Positions 1-13,190 of a stretch of 64,000 nucleotides of DNA are shown in pieces. The DNA comes from Mobula hypostoma. Taxonomy: Eukaryota. A program made the position numbers and the translations under genes. Under the pieces are notes generated by a model. The model had not been told where the DNA came from, made no database searches, and saw only the letters and a program-made list of their open reading frames with translations. Positions within the stretch are counted from its first letter, which is position 1; each line of letters opens with the position of its first letter. The stretch is from positions 230,642,001 through 230,706,000 of the forward strand of contig NC_086097.1 of assembly GCF_963921235.1 (NCBI RefSeq). The letters are read 5' to 3'.

Positions 1-136
1 ATCCTGGACTTATCTCCTGGTGTAATTTACATATTACTATTTAACTATTTATGGTTTTATTACTATTTATTATTTATGGTGCAACTGTAATGAAAACCAA
101 TTTCCCCCGGGATCAATAAAGTATGACTATGACTAT
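1..136 (+). mobile_element. 3' end of a non-LTR retroelement (Rex1/Babar-like tail)
   Basis: AT-rich 3' UTR ending CAATTTCCCCCGGGATCAATAAAGT followed by (ATGACT)n. The last 39 bp recur exactly at 43744-43782. Confidence 0.6.
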
Positions 137-894
137 CTTGGATGAGTTGTTGGGATTGGTTTACAAGTATTTTTAACTGTTATGTATTGCGGAATATTCT
201 CATTCTTTGCAATATATTGATATCTAAAATAAAGATGAATTGAAATTGATCTAATCAACGAATCCATTGCATCTTTCAGTTTTGCCTCCCACCATGCTGG
301 TACATCAAATCCACTACCAAACAACTTAGGTAATTCTGCACACTTGGGACTTTGCTGGTGCTGGACTTCGGAGGTTATTGGATATTATTCACCAATTCCC
401 TAACACACTTTTAATCCTACTGAAATGATTTGGCTGTTTATTCCCTTCCTTAGGTACCTTCTGATCTGCCGACTATTTCTAGCACCTGCAGAATCTCGTG
501 TTTACAATTTTAATTAGTTTTTTTTGTGTTGTCATAAAGGATAATAGTAAATTTTCCACAGAACTCAGGGAAGCACAGGAACCCAGCGAGTCCTGAGGCA
601 TTGTGATATTCCAATGGAATCTTGGTGGCGAGATGGCAAATGGTGAGGCTTGGTTGGCGGAGAGGGGCATTGGTCTCGGGGAGAGTTGACCTAGTGAATG
701 CTTCTGTGAGTGCAAGGACCTAGTCAATCTAAGGGAGCATGGGGACCTGGCAAATCTCAGGAGAGTACTGGGGCCCAGTGGAGTCTAGCATAGTGCAGAA
801 ATTCTTCGGTCTTGGGGGAGTGCGTGAAACACTAGCTGGTGATGTTAAACGATGGCAATTTCCAAATAGTTGAATAACTGATTTCTACATATTT

Positions 895-1267
895 CCACCC
901 AGCCAACACACTTTTCGTCCTTCTTCCCTCAGGGAGAAGGCTCAGGAGCTTGAAGACTCATACAGCCAGATTTGGGAACAGCTTCTTTCCAACTGTGATA
1001 AGACTGCTGAACGGATCCTGACCTGGATCTGAGCCGTACCCTCCAAATATCCGGACCTGCTTATCGTTTTTTTTGCACTACCTTACTTTCCATTTTTCTA
1101 TTTTCTATTTATGATTTATAATTTAAATTTTTAATATTTACTCATTTTTAATATTTTTAATATTTAGTATTTGTAATCCAGGGAGCGGGAAGCACAGAAT
1201 CAAATATCGCTGTGATGTTTGTACATTCTAGTATCAATTGTTTGGCGACAATAAAGTATAAAGTATA
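895..1267 (+). mobile_element. Rex1/Babar-clade LINE 3' fragment
   Basis: Translates HPANTLFVLLPSGRRLRSLKTHTARFGNSFFPTVIRLLNG, the typical Rex1 RT C-terminus. Ends AATAAAGTATAAAGTATA. Confidence 0.75.
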
Positions 1268-2280
1268 TTTGCATGAAGCATAAGTTAAATGGCTCTTATT
1301 CAAGTAAGTTGAAATTGTCCTCAGATAAATTTTGTCCATGAAATATCAGCTTACTTGGTAGGCAGTGTAAAGGCATTGTCTGCAATCTCTCAAAACATGC
1401 AGTGTATTGTAAAGTTTTTTTTGCAGAACTTTTATTTCTCAGTTGTTTTATATATTTCCGTATGGATATGGGTATCATTATCATCATTATGGCCCTGTCT
1501 GACCTGTCAAAACACAGGCACTAAATTAAATTCATTACATTTTCACAGCACAGAAAGTTAAAAAATTACCATTTTCTTGTCTCCGTGCGACTGGGTTTGT
1601 GAGTTATGCTAGGAAGTCATGGATGCAACAGTGCAAGAAATAAGGTTCAGTGAAGGATCAAAGGTGTCTCCTCACCTTCAAGGTAGAAACTGGAAAAATA
1701 TGGATTTGGGGGATCCGGAAGAAATCAGTTTGAAAGAGTTAAGAATCAAAACTGTTTTTTTAAAAATACCTTCCGAGGATCAACTGCTTTTGTTCATTGA
1801 AATTAATTGGTGGCAAGGAGATGACACCTGAGGTACACAAGTATATTACTGTTTATACTTAGTAAGAAGGTTAGGGCCAGTAGATGAGATGGAATTGTCT
1901 GTACTGTTAACTCATCACTCACCAATGTAATTAAACATACTAATGAGTGTATAAATTCCCTTTCAGTTTCCCAGTAAATGCTTGCTCAGAATTCAGCTAT
2001 CTTTTTTAATTTAGTTAAGGATAATGCAAATTCCGGGTTTTATTTAGCTTTGTGTATTTTTAATGCCCAAAATTAACCCCATTGTATCATCCCTGAGCCT
2101 GTGTTCCGTCAAATTTCAGTTTCTTATATAAAGCATAATTCCTCCTCATCATCTGCTTTCTTTTGCTTTAATGAAAATAGTCCTGTTTTGCTTCTTCAAG
2201 CATGACAACAGGAGCCAGCAGTGGAGTTGAAATTAGGTCAATTGAGGAAACCACAATTATCAAAATAGGTTTATAAACCC

Positions 2281-3617
2281 TGTTATGTACACGCAACCCT
2301 GGGGAAAGTACCGGTTACATTCATGGAATACTGTAAAAGTCTCAGCAGCAATAGAATACACCCGGAGTCTGTTTTTGATGTTAAAATCCACTATCTTTAT
2401 TAGTAACTACTAAATATAGTAACTTAGCCAGGTAATCAAAAGTTAGCAGTGTTATACATATATAGGTGTATAGATAAAGTTCCCAAACTTATTCAAGCTC
2501 AGGTGGCAAGAGTTACAGTCTTACGATGGTATGTAAGACAGTTCAGTTCAATCCTCAGGTTAATTAATGTGAGATATTTGCAATCCAAAGGCGAATGTTG
2601 TGAGAAGGCAATTATGTCGATATTCCACAGATTCCACGACAGCAATACAAAATAACAATAGCAGTAGGTTTTATCTCCGAAGTTGTTCCACTTCACACAT
2701 GAAGTATCACTGACAGTGATCTTCAATGAGTATCCTTTCAACACAAGTGGTACCACACCCAAATTCAGCTACGGGACATCCCAAGGCGGTGGCCACACGA
2801 TACCCAAACCGAATCCACCTATGGATTATCACCAGCACTAGCTTATCACAAAGGGGACCCTCTTCCAGGGAAAACTACCACCCAGGAAAGGGTAGACACA
2901 CCGGTAGATTCCACATAGTTACCCCAACCACACGTGATAGCCACTTATCCTGTTCCATGATATACGAAATAACTCCAACAGTGATTTGCCACAGGGGTGC
3001 CTTCTTCAGTGAACTACCACACCCAGACAAAGGGTAAATAACACATGGTACTCACAAAGGTACTTCCCTCACCAGAGAACCCACTCCTGTGGATTAACTA
3101 TGTGACAATCACACTTCTGTATTCGAATAGAACCAAACTCACCCTTACGGGCTACTTGGAGGGAGTCCAAACAGTGATCTCTTTATCACTAGGTTTCTTC
3201 TGTTTCAGACCTTTATCTCCCCTCCTCTTTCTCTGCAAACTTCCTCTAGTTGCAGCCCTTGTGAGAGTCAATTATCAATACTCTGAATCAATCTCAACTC
3301 ACCCCTTTTGGGCTACTGAAAGTTTAAACCAGCGACCCCACTCACTGGTATCCTTCATTGATTGAAACCATCTTGACTCTGAGCACGTGTCTCTCTATAT
3401 GTGTTCGTGAGAGGATCATCTGACCTTGCTTATTCAAAACAAACCGCGAGAAACCATAAACATTTATTGTCCATCAAACAACTCCACCTCTCTCACCATA
3501 GTAACCAAGCAATTTTGTAGTCAGTAGAAATCCAACAGTGTCCAAAAGTTAGTCTCATTCTCTCAGCGTTTTAAAGTGACAGTCCACAGAAAAAGTGAAT
3601 GCTAGGGGTATATAACA
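2281..3617 (-). mobile_element. Solo LTR (~1.34 kb) of an LTR retroelement
   Basis: Inverted termini TGTTAT...ATAACA. 4-bp TSD ACCC at 2277-2280 and 3618-3621. AATAAA on the - strand near 2397-2402. Internal direct repeats at ~2873-2901 and ~3012-3044. No long ORF. Confidence 0.7.
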
Positions 3618-4172
3618 ACCCAATAAACGCTAATTGGAAGAATGGGAAAGGAGCTATTGCAAGGAAATAATACATTTTAAGAAAAAAATAGGCCTATTGG
3701 AAAATTTGAAATGAATGGTCTTGTTTTCTGTGAAGTCATTAACTAGCTAATTGCATACTAGAAGAGGAATTCAGCTGTGAAAAGTTAGCAGAAGAGACAT
3801 TTTCACAGAGGGAAAAAGTGCTGGATGAACCTAAAACCAAGATTAATCTGGGAAAAATATCATGAATAAGACAGAGGACTGTAATGTCTTCTGAGGATTT
3901 GATGTTAAGAGATTTTCTATCTTATTATCTTCTTGGTACCAAATGATCAAAATAACTGGATTAAGTAGTCATGATATCAAAACTGCATTTCACAGACGCT
4001 TTGCCCATTATTGGAAAATTGGGTATGTCACCCAGTAATTTCAGTTACTAGAATCGTGTCACAAAAAACTGTGGGTCAATTGTTTAAGAAAAATAACCAG
4101 ATGACTTGAGTCACAAAAATAGATTGAGGTGCTTTTATTTACCTCAAAACAAGACAAAAACTGGAAAAAAAA

Positions 4173-4277
<105 letters not shown>

Positions 4278-4704
4278 CCTCAGACTAAACACAAAAGAAA
4301 ACTAACCCCAAAGGCTGTCTGTCTGTATCTTGTTTTACGGCAGTAACCCCAAAAGCTTGGTAACCTGAGGTTTATAACTGCTAAGCCCCTCCCCCTAGAC
4401 CAACCAAAAGCTAATTAACTCAATTATCCAATTAAAGATGGTATCCTCCACCATCAGCACAGCTGTGCAGGTTGCTGCTGCCTCTATATGAGACAGCTCC
4501 GAGCAGCAGCTCTGGTTCAGACCCAGTCACTATTACTGCTGGGGATGAGTGTTTTACCGAGTGCGCCATGTACCGTCCGTAGTTAGTGATGGGCCTTCGT
4601 CACAAATAGTAAAATATAATTCCAAATCCAGAGCAAAGATATACTTAAGGATGTGATTTGTGTGTCTGATTTGTAATCCCAAAGCTTTTGAGTGTAGTAG
4701 AATG

Positions 4705-4980
4705 TTATTTATTTATTGAGATATATCATGGAATAGGCTTTTTGACCTGTGCTGCCCTGCAACCTCTGATTTAACGCTAGCCTAATAATGGGACAATTTT
4801 ACACGACCAATTAACCAATTAACATCTTTGGGTTGTGGGAGGAAACCAGAGCACCTGAAGGAAACCCTCACATCCATGGGGAAGACATACACTCCTTTCA
4901 GATGATGTCTGAATTAAACTCCAAACTGTAATGCCCCGAGCTTTCACAGCATCACACTAACTGCTACACTACCATTGCCC
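4705..4980 (-). mobile_element. tRNA-derived V-SINE (HE1-like), diverged
   Basis: Contains TGTGGGAGGAAACCAGAGCACCTGAAGGAAACCC, the reverse complement of the V-SINE core, with a tRNA-like head near 4960-4980. A related copy lies at ~14895-15090. Confidence 0.65.
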
Positions 4981-5169
4981 TCATATTTTATATAAAACTT
5001 GCTGAATTAATGCTTGCAAGCCAAAAAACATCACTCAAAAATGTGACAATTAAGTGGAAGAAATCCAAAGGATTAAGTAAATTTCCTACATTCACCCGTT
5101 CTTGAAGTTTTTAAGTCCACTTTATGCAAGTCCTTTTTTTCATCTATATTGTTTTCAGCAAGCTCAACT

Positions 5170-5415
5170 CAGAGAGTGGTATTTACTCAGAGAGTGGTAG
5201 CTGTGTGGAACGAGCTTCCAGCAGAAGTGGTTGAGGCAGATTCGATGTTGTCATTTAAAGTTAAATTGGACAGCTAAATGGACAGGAAAGGAATGGAGGG
5301 TTATGGGCTGAGTGCAGGTCAGTGGGAGTAGGTGAGAGTAAGAGTTCGGCACGGACTAGAAGGGCCGAGATGGCCTGTTTCCATGCTGTAATTGTTAAAT
5401 GGTTATATGGTTAAA
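5170..5415 (+). mobile_element. CR1 LINE extreme 3' fragment
   Basis: FTQRVVAVWNELP...VVEA-type ORF2 end, then the CR1 3' UTR GGGCCGAGATGGCCTGTTTC and a short repeat tail. Confidence 0.8.
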
Positions 5416-6250
5416 CAACATATTTATGCCCTCAAAAGGGTGCACAGATTGCTAAAACGAAGTGCTGTGCAAATCCCCAGTCTACATCAGTTAAATAACT
5501 ATTTCAAGTCAGCTTTTTAACAATGTAGTTTGGAGACCAAATTAATCACTAACCAGTCTACCGTTTAACTTGTGGTTGACTTTATTTGTGTCTGTATCTA
5601 CAACCTACATGTTAAAATAAAGCTTTTGTTTACCTTTTTTTAACCCCTGAACTTTGGTAAATAAATTTTAATAAATTCTCGTGGAATTTTGAACACTAAA
5701 CATCCTATGTATCTTTGCAAGTGATCAGGTGATTTATAACCTTCTTTCCTGATCTCGTTTTGATGTAGACATTGACAGCACTATAAGTTCACAGATGACA
5801 CAGACTAATTTAAATTCTTTGGGGAAATAGACTCATTCGTATATGGCAGATGTCATGGAATCTGGATATGAAGTGTAATGCTTCTGAGACAATGAAACCC
5901 TAGACATGTGTCTACAATGTTAAAAGCTACAGAGTAGTATTACAGCTTGGAAGTCATTACTGATGTGAATCAATATATATCTGCAGGTAGTGTTGTGTAT
6001 TCAATATTTCAGTAATATTTGAATAATAATGTAATGTAAATATATTGCTTGATCAAGCATTCTTGTTCATTCAGATAATTCATTATGAGTTATATGTAAA
6101 AATACATGAATTGCTTACGTCATGACCCATCTTAGGTGCGTGCCTCACTTGAAGTAAAACTTAATGTGCACGAGTTATCTCCCAGCTCCTTTGTTTTTCT
6201 TTCAATTAGTTTTTATGCTTTGGAGTTATAAAACATAGCAGTAATGAAGA

Positions 6251-6771
6251 AGAGCCGAAATATATGCCATCAGGTTGGAGGCTACCCAGACGGAATACAA
6301 GGTGTTGTTCCTCCAACCTGAGTGTGGCTTCATCTTTACAGCAGAGGAGGCCGTGAAACATCGACTTCTCTAACTTCTGCTAATGCCCCACCTCCCCCTC
6401 GTACCCCATCCGTTATTTATTTTTATACACACATTCTTTCTCTCACTCTCCTTTTTCTCCCTCTGGCCCTCTGACTATACTCCTTGCCCATCCTCTGAGG
6501 TCTCCCCCCCACTTCTTTCTCCCTGGGCCTCCTGTCCCATGATCCTCTCATATCCCTTTTGCCAATCACCTGTCCAGCTCTTGGCTCCATCCCTCCCCCT
6601 CCTGTCTTCTCCTATCATTTCGGATCCCCCTCCCCCTCCCACTTTCAAATCTCTTACTAGCTCTTGCTTCAGTTAGTCCTGACGAAGGGTCTCGGGCTGA
6701 AACGTTGACTGTACCTCTTCCTAGAGATGCTGCCTGGCCTGCTGCGTTCACCAGCAACTTTGATGTGTGTT
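6251..6771 (+). mobile_element. Penelope-like element 3' fragment with 5' inversion
   Basis: GIY-YIG C-terminal peptide (LRLEEQHLVFRLGSLQPDGM) is inverted at ~6264-6356, then forward IDFSNF* and the pseudo-LTR follow. 13-bp TSD GCAGTAATGAAGA at 6238-6250 and 6772-6784. Confidence 0.85.
6675..6710 (+). ncRNA. Minimal type I hammerhead ribozyme motif (degenerate stem II)
   Basis: AGTC-CTGACGA-A-GGGTCTCGGGCT-GAAA-CGTT-GACT. Confidence 0.65.
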
Positions 6772-6978
6772 GCAGTAATGAAGAGAAAGTTTAAAACAAA
6801 CCTGAGATAACAACCTGCCTGCTGAAGTGCAGCGAGATGTTTGATTTAAAAAACAGTGCAGCATATGCTCTTTAGAAAAAGAGACAGACACAGTTGAGTT
6901 AAAAAAAGACAAGAAACGGAATAATTCACAGGTTTATAAACAGTGAGTACCCTTGGTGATAATCAGAAAAACAAAGAA

Positions 6979-9280
6979 ATGGCTGGCTACATCAGAAAGA
7001 TTGATGTGTTTGATTACACAAAGGGTAACTGGATATTGTTTATGGAGTGAACTGAGCAGTATCATCAAGCAAGTGAAAAGCTGATGAGAAGCGAGAACGA
7101 ATCTAGCTGAGTGTATTGGATTTAAAGGAGAATAGTTTGCTTTGGAGTTTAATTGCTCCAATCAAACCTGCTGAAATGAGCTTTGCTGATATCATGAATG
7201 TAAGCAAGGACATTTAGAACTGAAACCATTGTTGACTCCAGAATGCTTTAGGTTTCACAAGCGGAAACAAAAAGAAAGGGAGTCCATTTCAGCATACGTG
7301 GCTGAATTGAAGAAGTTGTCTGAGTTTGTCAATTCGGTAATGGGCTGAATGATGCATTGAGAGACAATTTAGTTTGTGGAATCTTACAAGAATTGACATT
7401 AGGAAGGAAACAGTGATGAGTAGACTGATGGGACTGAAGGCTAACAAATCCCCCGGTCCAGATCGTCTGCATCCTAGGGTACTAAAGGAGGTGGCTCTGG
7501 AAATTGCGGATGCATTGGTGATCATTTTCCAATGTTCCTTAAATCCACCTCCTTTAGTTCCTGAGGATTGGCGAATGGCTAATGTTATCCCACTTTTTAA
7601 GAAAGGAGGGAGGGAGAAAACAGAGAACTATCGCCCTGTTAGCCTAACATCAGTAGTGGGGAAGATGCTAGAGCCCATTATTAAAGATGAAATAGCGGCA
7701 TATCTTGATAGCAGTGATAGGATTGGGCCGAGCCAGCATGGATTTACCAAGGGCAAATCAAGCTTGACTAATCTATTGGAGTTTTTTGAGGATGTAACCA
7801 GGAAGATAGACGCGGGAGATCCAGTGGATGTGGTGTACCTTGACTTTCAGAAGGCATTTGATAAGGTACCACATAGGAGATTGGTGGGTAAAATCAGAAC
7901 TCATGGTATTGGGGGGAGGATATTGACATGGATAGAAAACTGGTTGGCAGGTAGAAAGCAAAGGGTAGCAATGAATGGGTGTTTCTCGAAATGGCAGGTG
8001 GTGACTAGTGGGGTGCCACAGGGCTCGGTATTGGGACCTCAGCTGTTTACGATTTACGTCAATGATTTAGAGGAAGGCATTGTGAATAACATCAGCAAGT
8101 TTGCTGATGATACTAAGCTGGGTGGCAGTGTGACATGTGATGAGGATGTTATGAGAATTCAAGGTGACTTGGATAGGCTGGGTGAGTGGGCAGAAACTTG
8201 GCAGATGGCGTTTAATGTGAATAAGTGTGAGGTTATTCACTTTGGGAGCAAGAACAGGAAGGCAGATTATTATCTGAACGGTGTGGAGTTAGGTAAGGGA
8301 GAAATACAAAGAGATCTAGGAGTAATTGTTCATCTGTCTCTGAAGGTGAATGAGCAAGTGCAGCAGGCAGTGAAGAAGGCTAATGGAATGTTGGCCTTTA
8401 TTACAAAGGGAATTGAGTACAAGAGCAAGGAAATCCTTTTGCATTTGTACAGGGCCCTGGTGAGAACACACCTGGAGTATTGTGTGCAGTTTTGGTCTCC
8501 AGGGTTAAGGAAGGACATCCTGGCTGTGGAGGAGGTGCAGCGTAGGTTCACTATGTTAATTCCTGGGATGTCCGGACTGTCTTACGCAGAGAAGTTAGAG
8601 AGATTGGGCTTGTACACGCTGGAATTAAGGAGATTGAGGGGGGATCTGATTGAGACATATAAGATTATTAAGGGATTGGGGGATTGGACAAGATAGAGGC
8701 AGGAAATATGTTCCAGATGCTGGGAGAGTCCAGTACCAGAGGGCATGGTTTAAGAATAAGGGGTAGGTCATTTAGGACAGAGTTGAAGAGGAACTTCTTC
8801 TCCCAGAGAGTTGTGGAGGTGTGGAACGCGCTGCCTCAGAAGGCAGTGGAGGCCAATTCTCTGGATGCTTTCAAGAAGGAGCTAGATAGGTATCTTATGG
8901 ATAGGGGAATCAAGGGTTATGGGGACAAGGCAGGAACCGGGTATTGATAGTAGATGATCAGCCATGATCTCAGAATGGCGGTGCAGGCTCCAAGGGCCGA
9001 ATGGTCTACTTCTGCACCTATTGTCTATTGTCTATTGTCTAAGAAAGGATTCAAAACTGGCTCCTAACTGAAGCACAACTTATATTTCAAAGGACAATTG
9101 AAATAACTGTATCAATGGAAACAGCAGACAGAAACGCAATTGAGTTGCAGTCAGGAATGAAAGTGAGCGTAAACAGAATTGCAACGTCTAAACGGAAAAC
9201 TGCCTGACCAAACAAATTGTATTATCATTGTGCCAGGAACTCACGTACACCAGACCAATGCAGATTTGAAGTTGAAACTT
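6979..9280 (+). pseudogene. Degenerate Gypsy gag (6979-7392 plus 9046-9280), split by a CR1
   Basis: Reads MAGYIRKIDVFDYT..., FRFHKRKQKERESISAYVAELKKLSE, LVCGILQE, then after the CR1 LLTEAQL... and a decayed zinc knuckle (YYHCARNSRTPDQCRF). Contains stops and frameshifts. Confidence 0.75.
7393..9040 (+). mobile_element. 5'-truncated young CR1 LINE (RT domain)
   Basis: ORF with [39 protein letters not shown] and FADD motifs. One frameshift from an 8-bp tandem duplication GGGATTGG (8672-8687). (CTATTGT)n tail. AAGAA duplicated at 7388-7392 and 9041-9045. Confidence 0.95.
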
Positions 9281-9524
9281 GCTCCCTTGTTTTCCTTTCA
9301 ATTAGCTGTTTTTATGTTTTGGGGTTACAAGACATAACAGGTAGTGCAAAGACAAATGTGGTTTTAGGATGTACGAAGGCAGCGTCAACTTTTTTACTCC
9401 CCCAAAATCAATATCACTGACTTTGCAGTGCCCTGATTTGTGTGACTATGTTATCTATTAATAGTTCTTGCCTGAATACACTAGTCCCCTAAATATTAAA
9501 TTTGATCACCTTCTCAGGGGATAG

Positions 9525-10340
9525 CTTCAATGGTACATTTAATATCAGAGAAATGTACACATCCTGAAATTCGTTTTTTCACAAACATCCACGAAAACTG
9601 AGGAGTGCCCCAAAGAGTAAATGACAGTTAAATGTTAGAACCCCAAAGCACCCCCCCACACACAAGCAGCAGCAAAGGCAATGATACTCCACTCCCCCAC
9701 CAGCAAAAAAAGCATCAGCACCCTCCACCGAGCACTCAAGCGTGCAGCAAAGCACCAATAAAGACACAGACTTGCAGTACCCCAAAGACTACTCGTTCAC
9801 CCAGTATTCGACATACCACAGGCTCTCTCACTCCCTAATAAGGGAAAAAGAGGTGTCCCTGTTTCACAGTGAAAGGGGAGACATAACAAATAACGTGCTA
9901 ATTTATGATGTTAAAAGTCTGTTATGTCGCTTTTTCTGAGCTCTGCGTCCAGAGAGTCGGCCCCAGGGCTCAGGTCTCTGGACACACAACCCACGGCAGC
10001 TAACCCACTGCTCCCGATGTACTGTGTTCTCCTACAACGCCTCAGTCAGGGGCACCAGCCTTGAATCAGCCCACCTCCAGAGCCACGAAAATCCGGCACC
10101 CTGAAGGCACACTGGTCTTCCAGGCTACATCCTTGGGATATCAAAAAAGCAGCCAGTCATGAGGCCCTGACAGCGGGTCCTATTCCCACAAAGAACCGAA
10201 GTCAGTGTGTAACTCCAGGTCAGGGTCTTCAAAAGAACCTTGAAAAGGAAAAAAAAAAGATATCAAAGATAGAAATAGAGGTGTTTCCAATGATGAAAGC
10301 AAAGGAGTCACCATTTAGCACCATCCTGACTTTGCTCTGC
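9525..10340 (-). mobile_element. ~0.8-kb non-coding interspersed repeat, copy 1 (probable non-autonomous retroelement)
   Basis: Clear similarity to 25262-25975 and 26161-26972, including the shared DTDLQYPKDYSFT.YST pseudo-translation. Confidence 0.7.
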
Positions 10341-10384
10341 CCTTTGAGATATGCTTTATTTCTGTTATCTCCATTACACTAGAG

Positions 10385-11560
10385 AGTCTAGATGAGTCAT
10401 TAGGCCAATGAGTCCTACAAAACTGAAGCAGGCCATTCTGCTCACCATCTCCATTCTGCCAATCAATACCCATTTTCAGCACTTGGATCACAGGCTCTAT
10501 GCTTGATGCTTCAACTGTTCTTCTAGATAATTCTTAAATGTTGTCAGAGTCTCCTTTCATCACTCCTCAGACAGTGTTTCAGATTCTAACTATTTTTAGG
10601 ATAGGCAAAAAACTCTACCACAGATTCCCTGAAAAACCTTCATCCCTTGCCTTAAACCTGTGGCATCTAATTTCAGGTAACTCTGCCATGGGGAAAAGAT
10701 TTCCTTATCTAAGCATCTCATAGGCTCATAGTCAGACTACCCCCTCAGCCTCCTCAACTCCAAGAAAAACAAACCTAGCTTATGCAATCTCTCCTCAGAA
10801 CTGAAATGATCCATACCAGGAAACATCCTGGTGAAACTCTTCTGCATTCTCTCCGTCACAACGCCATGCTTCCTTTTGCGTGCAACCAGAACTGCATACT
10901 GTCTCCAATTGTGGCCTAATTAAGCTGTACTCGTTTGCTAACTCCTGCTGTTTTATGCCAGCTATTGAAAGCAGGAATGCCTGTGCCACATTGAGGAATC
11001 CTTCACCACCTCATCTACCCATGCTGCAATTGACGGGGGTCCTCGCACTTGTACACCAAGGCCCCTCATTCTCTCCAGGGGCCTACCATTCATTGATTTC
11101 TCAGTCCTGCACCACAATGCATCACCTCATACCGCTCAGGATTAAACCCTGTGATTGCTGTTCTCATCTACTTAACTGATCAATATCATTCTATAACCTG
11201 ACACCAGCGATTGTTATGTCATTGGAAAACTTACTAAACATTCTGCGTAAAGTCACATTCAAATTGTTAAGGTATACAACACACTATAAAGGTCCCAGTA
11301 CTGATTCCTGTGGTACACCATGAATTTCCAATCCTCTACTATCACTCTGCTTCCTGTAAGCTTGCCAATTTTGGAACAAAATAGTCAACTTGCCCTCGAA
11401 TTCATAGCTTTATCCTTTGAATCAGTTTCCAACGTAGGGTTTTTGAAATGTCCATGTGTGCTATATTAACCGCATTGCCTTCATCAATAGACATTGTTAC
11501 ATCTTCAAAAACTTCCATCAAATTGCCCTTTTGGTCCTTTATAAATTGGCTCTGTTCTTT
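10385..11560 (-). mobile_element. Old, highly decayed CR1 fragment
   Basis: Residual CR1 motifs on the - strand (GVPQESVLGP-like at ~11290-11320; LIRPQLE and CSSG near 10870-10925). Confidence 0.6.
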
Positions 11561-11714
11561 CCCTGGTTGCCCTCTTTCCCTTCTTTGGGATTTTCCTTCA
11601 TTTCGTCCACCAGTAATACTTCACACACTTTCTATACTACTGTCAAGCCTCCTGTTTTCAGTTCTCCACACCTGCCTTCTGTTTCTCTTTTTTTGCTATC
11701 CAATTCTTGATATA

Positions 11715-12190
11715 AAACCATAAGATATTGGAACAGAATTAGGCTATTCAGCCCATCAAGTCTGCTCCGCCATTCCATCATGGCTGATTTATGATCAACC
11801 CCATTCTTCTGTTTTTTCCCTGTTAAATTTGACACATTTACTGAACAAGAACCTGTTAACCTCTTCTTTAAATATACCCAATAACGATTCCTACAGCCAT
11901 CTGTGGCAATGAATCTTCTGGCTAAAGAAATTCCTTTTCATCTAAAGGGTCATCTTTCTACTCTAAGACGGTGCCCTCTGGTCCTAGATTTCTCCACTTT
12001 AGGAGATACCCTCTCCTCATCCACTCTATCTAGGCCTTTCAATATTTAATAGGTTTCAATGAGATCCCCTCTCACTCTCCCAAACTTCAGCAAGTACAGG
12101 CGTAGAGCCATCAAATGATCTTCACGTGTTAACCCCTTCATTCCCGGGAACATTCCAAAGGGCCTTCCCTGGACTCTCACCGATGCCAAA
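11715..12190 (-). mobile_element. CR1 3' fragment
   Basis: MFPGMKGLTREDHLMALRLYLLKFGRVRGDLIETY, with the CR1 3' UTR at 11715-11800. Confidence 0.8.
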
Positions 12191-12574
12191 ACCTTTTGGC
12201 GTTCAAGGAGCCTTGGACCTTGCACCCTTGCAGTCAGAATTCCGGAAATCTTCGGCAAGCCGAGAAAACTGCAGAAGCTGGAGGCAGAAGCAAGAACAGA
12301 AATTCTGCAAGAATTCAGCCAGCCGAGCAGCATCTGTGGAAATCAATGTTTTGGGGCAGCAACCCTTTCAGCATTTGGTTGATTTGAAATTTTGTTGAAA
12401 TGTTGTCGATGAAATTCATCCAACATTTCTGTTTGCTGCTGGTAAGTTTTTCCTCTCTCCACCATGAAACTATGTCTTCCCCTTTCTTCTACGTTCCTTT
12501 CTTCTTCCTCTGTTGTTTTCCTGTCACTGATTCTCTCTCCTCATTCCAACTCTCCTCAAGTACTGAAGGAATAT

Positions 12575-13190
12575 TTAAAGATTCAAAGTTTCATAAAACC
12601 TCATTGTCATTCTAACCGTACATCAGCTCTGCAGGGCAGAATGAGACAGCGTTTCCCAGGAGCAGTGCAATCATAACATAACAAACGCAACACTAAATAA
12701 TAAATATAACAATAAATAGTAAAACACAACAGCCACATGTCAGTTAAAATCAAGTTATGAGTGTCCAGTGCAAGTTAAAAGTGTCGAAAGCAGAGTCAGG
12801 TAGAGCAGCTATTTAGCAGTCTGACTGCCTGTGGGAGGAAGCTGTTTAGTAGCCTTGTGGTTTTAGTTTTGATGCTCCTGTAATGTTTGCCTGATGGCAG
12901 AAGAACAAACAGTTCATGGAGAGGGTGTGAGGGGTCTTTAATGATGTACCGTGTCTTCTGGAGGCATCGGCTCTGAAAGAGGTCTTGGACAGAAGGTAGG
13001 GAGACCCCAATAACCTTCTCTGCTCCCCTAACCACCCTCTGCAAGGCTTTTTTTTGTCGATAGCACTGCAGCTGGAGTACCAGGTTGTGATGCAAAAGGT
13101 CAGCACACTCTCAACCACGCCTCTGTAGAATGTAGTTAAGATGTTAGTGGGGAGTGATGCTTGTTTAAGCTTCCTCAGAAAGTGCAATAT
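12575..13190 (-). mobile_element. Rex1/Babar-clade LINE 3' fragment
   Basis: LHFLRKLKQASLPTNILTTFYRGVVESVLTFCITTWY...LQRVVRGAEKVIG...IIKDPSHPLHELFVLLPSGKHYRSIKTKTTRLLNSFLPQAVRLLN, with a frameshift in an A-run. Confidence 0.9.

Larger units (their letters stand above)
5991..9339 (+). mobile_element. Internally deleted Gypsy LTR retrotransposon (Mag-like gag) hosting two nested insertions
   Basis: 5' LTR TG...CA at 5991-6240. The last ~60 bp of the LTR recur at 9281-9339. Perfect 5-bp TSD GGTAG at 5986-5990 and 9340-9344. Degenerate gag inside. Confidence 0.8.

Noticed and set aside
479..784. Ser/Pro-rich - strand ORF, and a possible + strand 81-bp exon at 562-642
   Set aside because: No recognisable homology and no partner exons. 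The - frame is closed by a stop at 785-787.
4430..4570. Short GC-richer - strand ORF starting MAHSVKHSS
   Set aside because: About 45 codons, with no recognisable motif and no convincing splice context.
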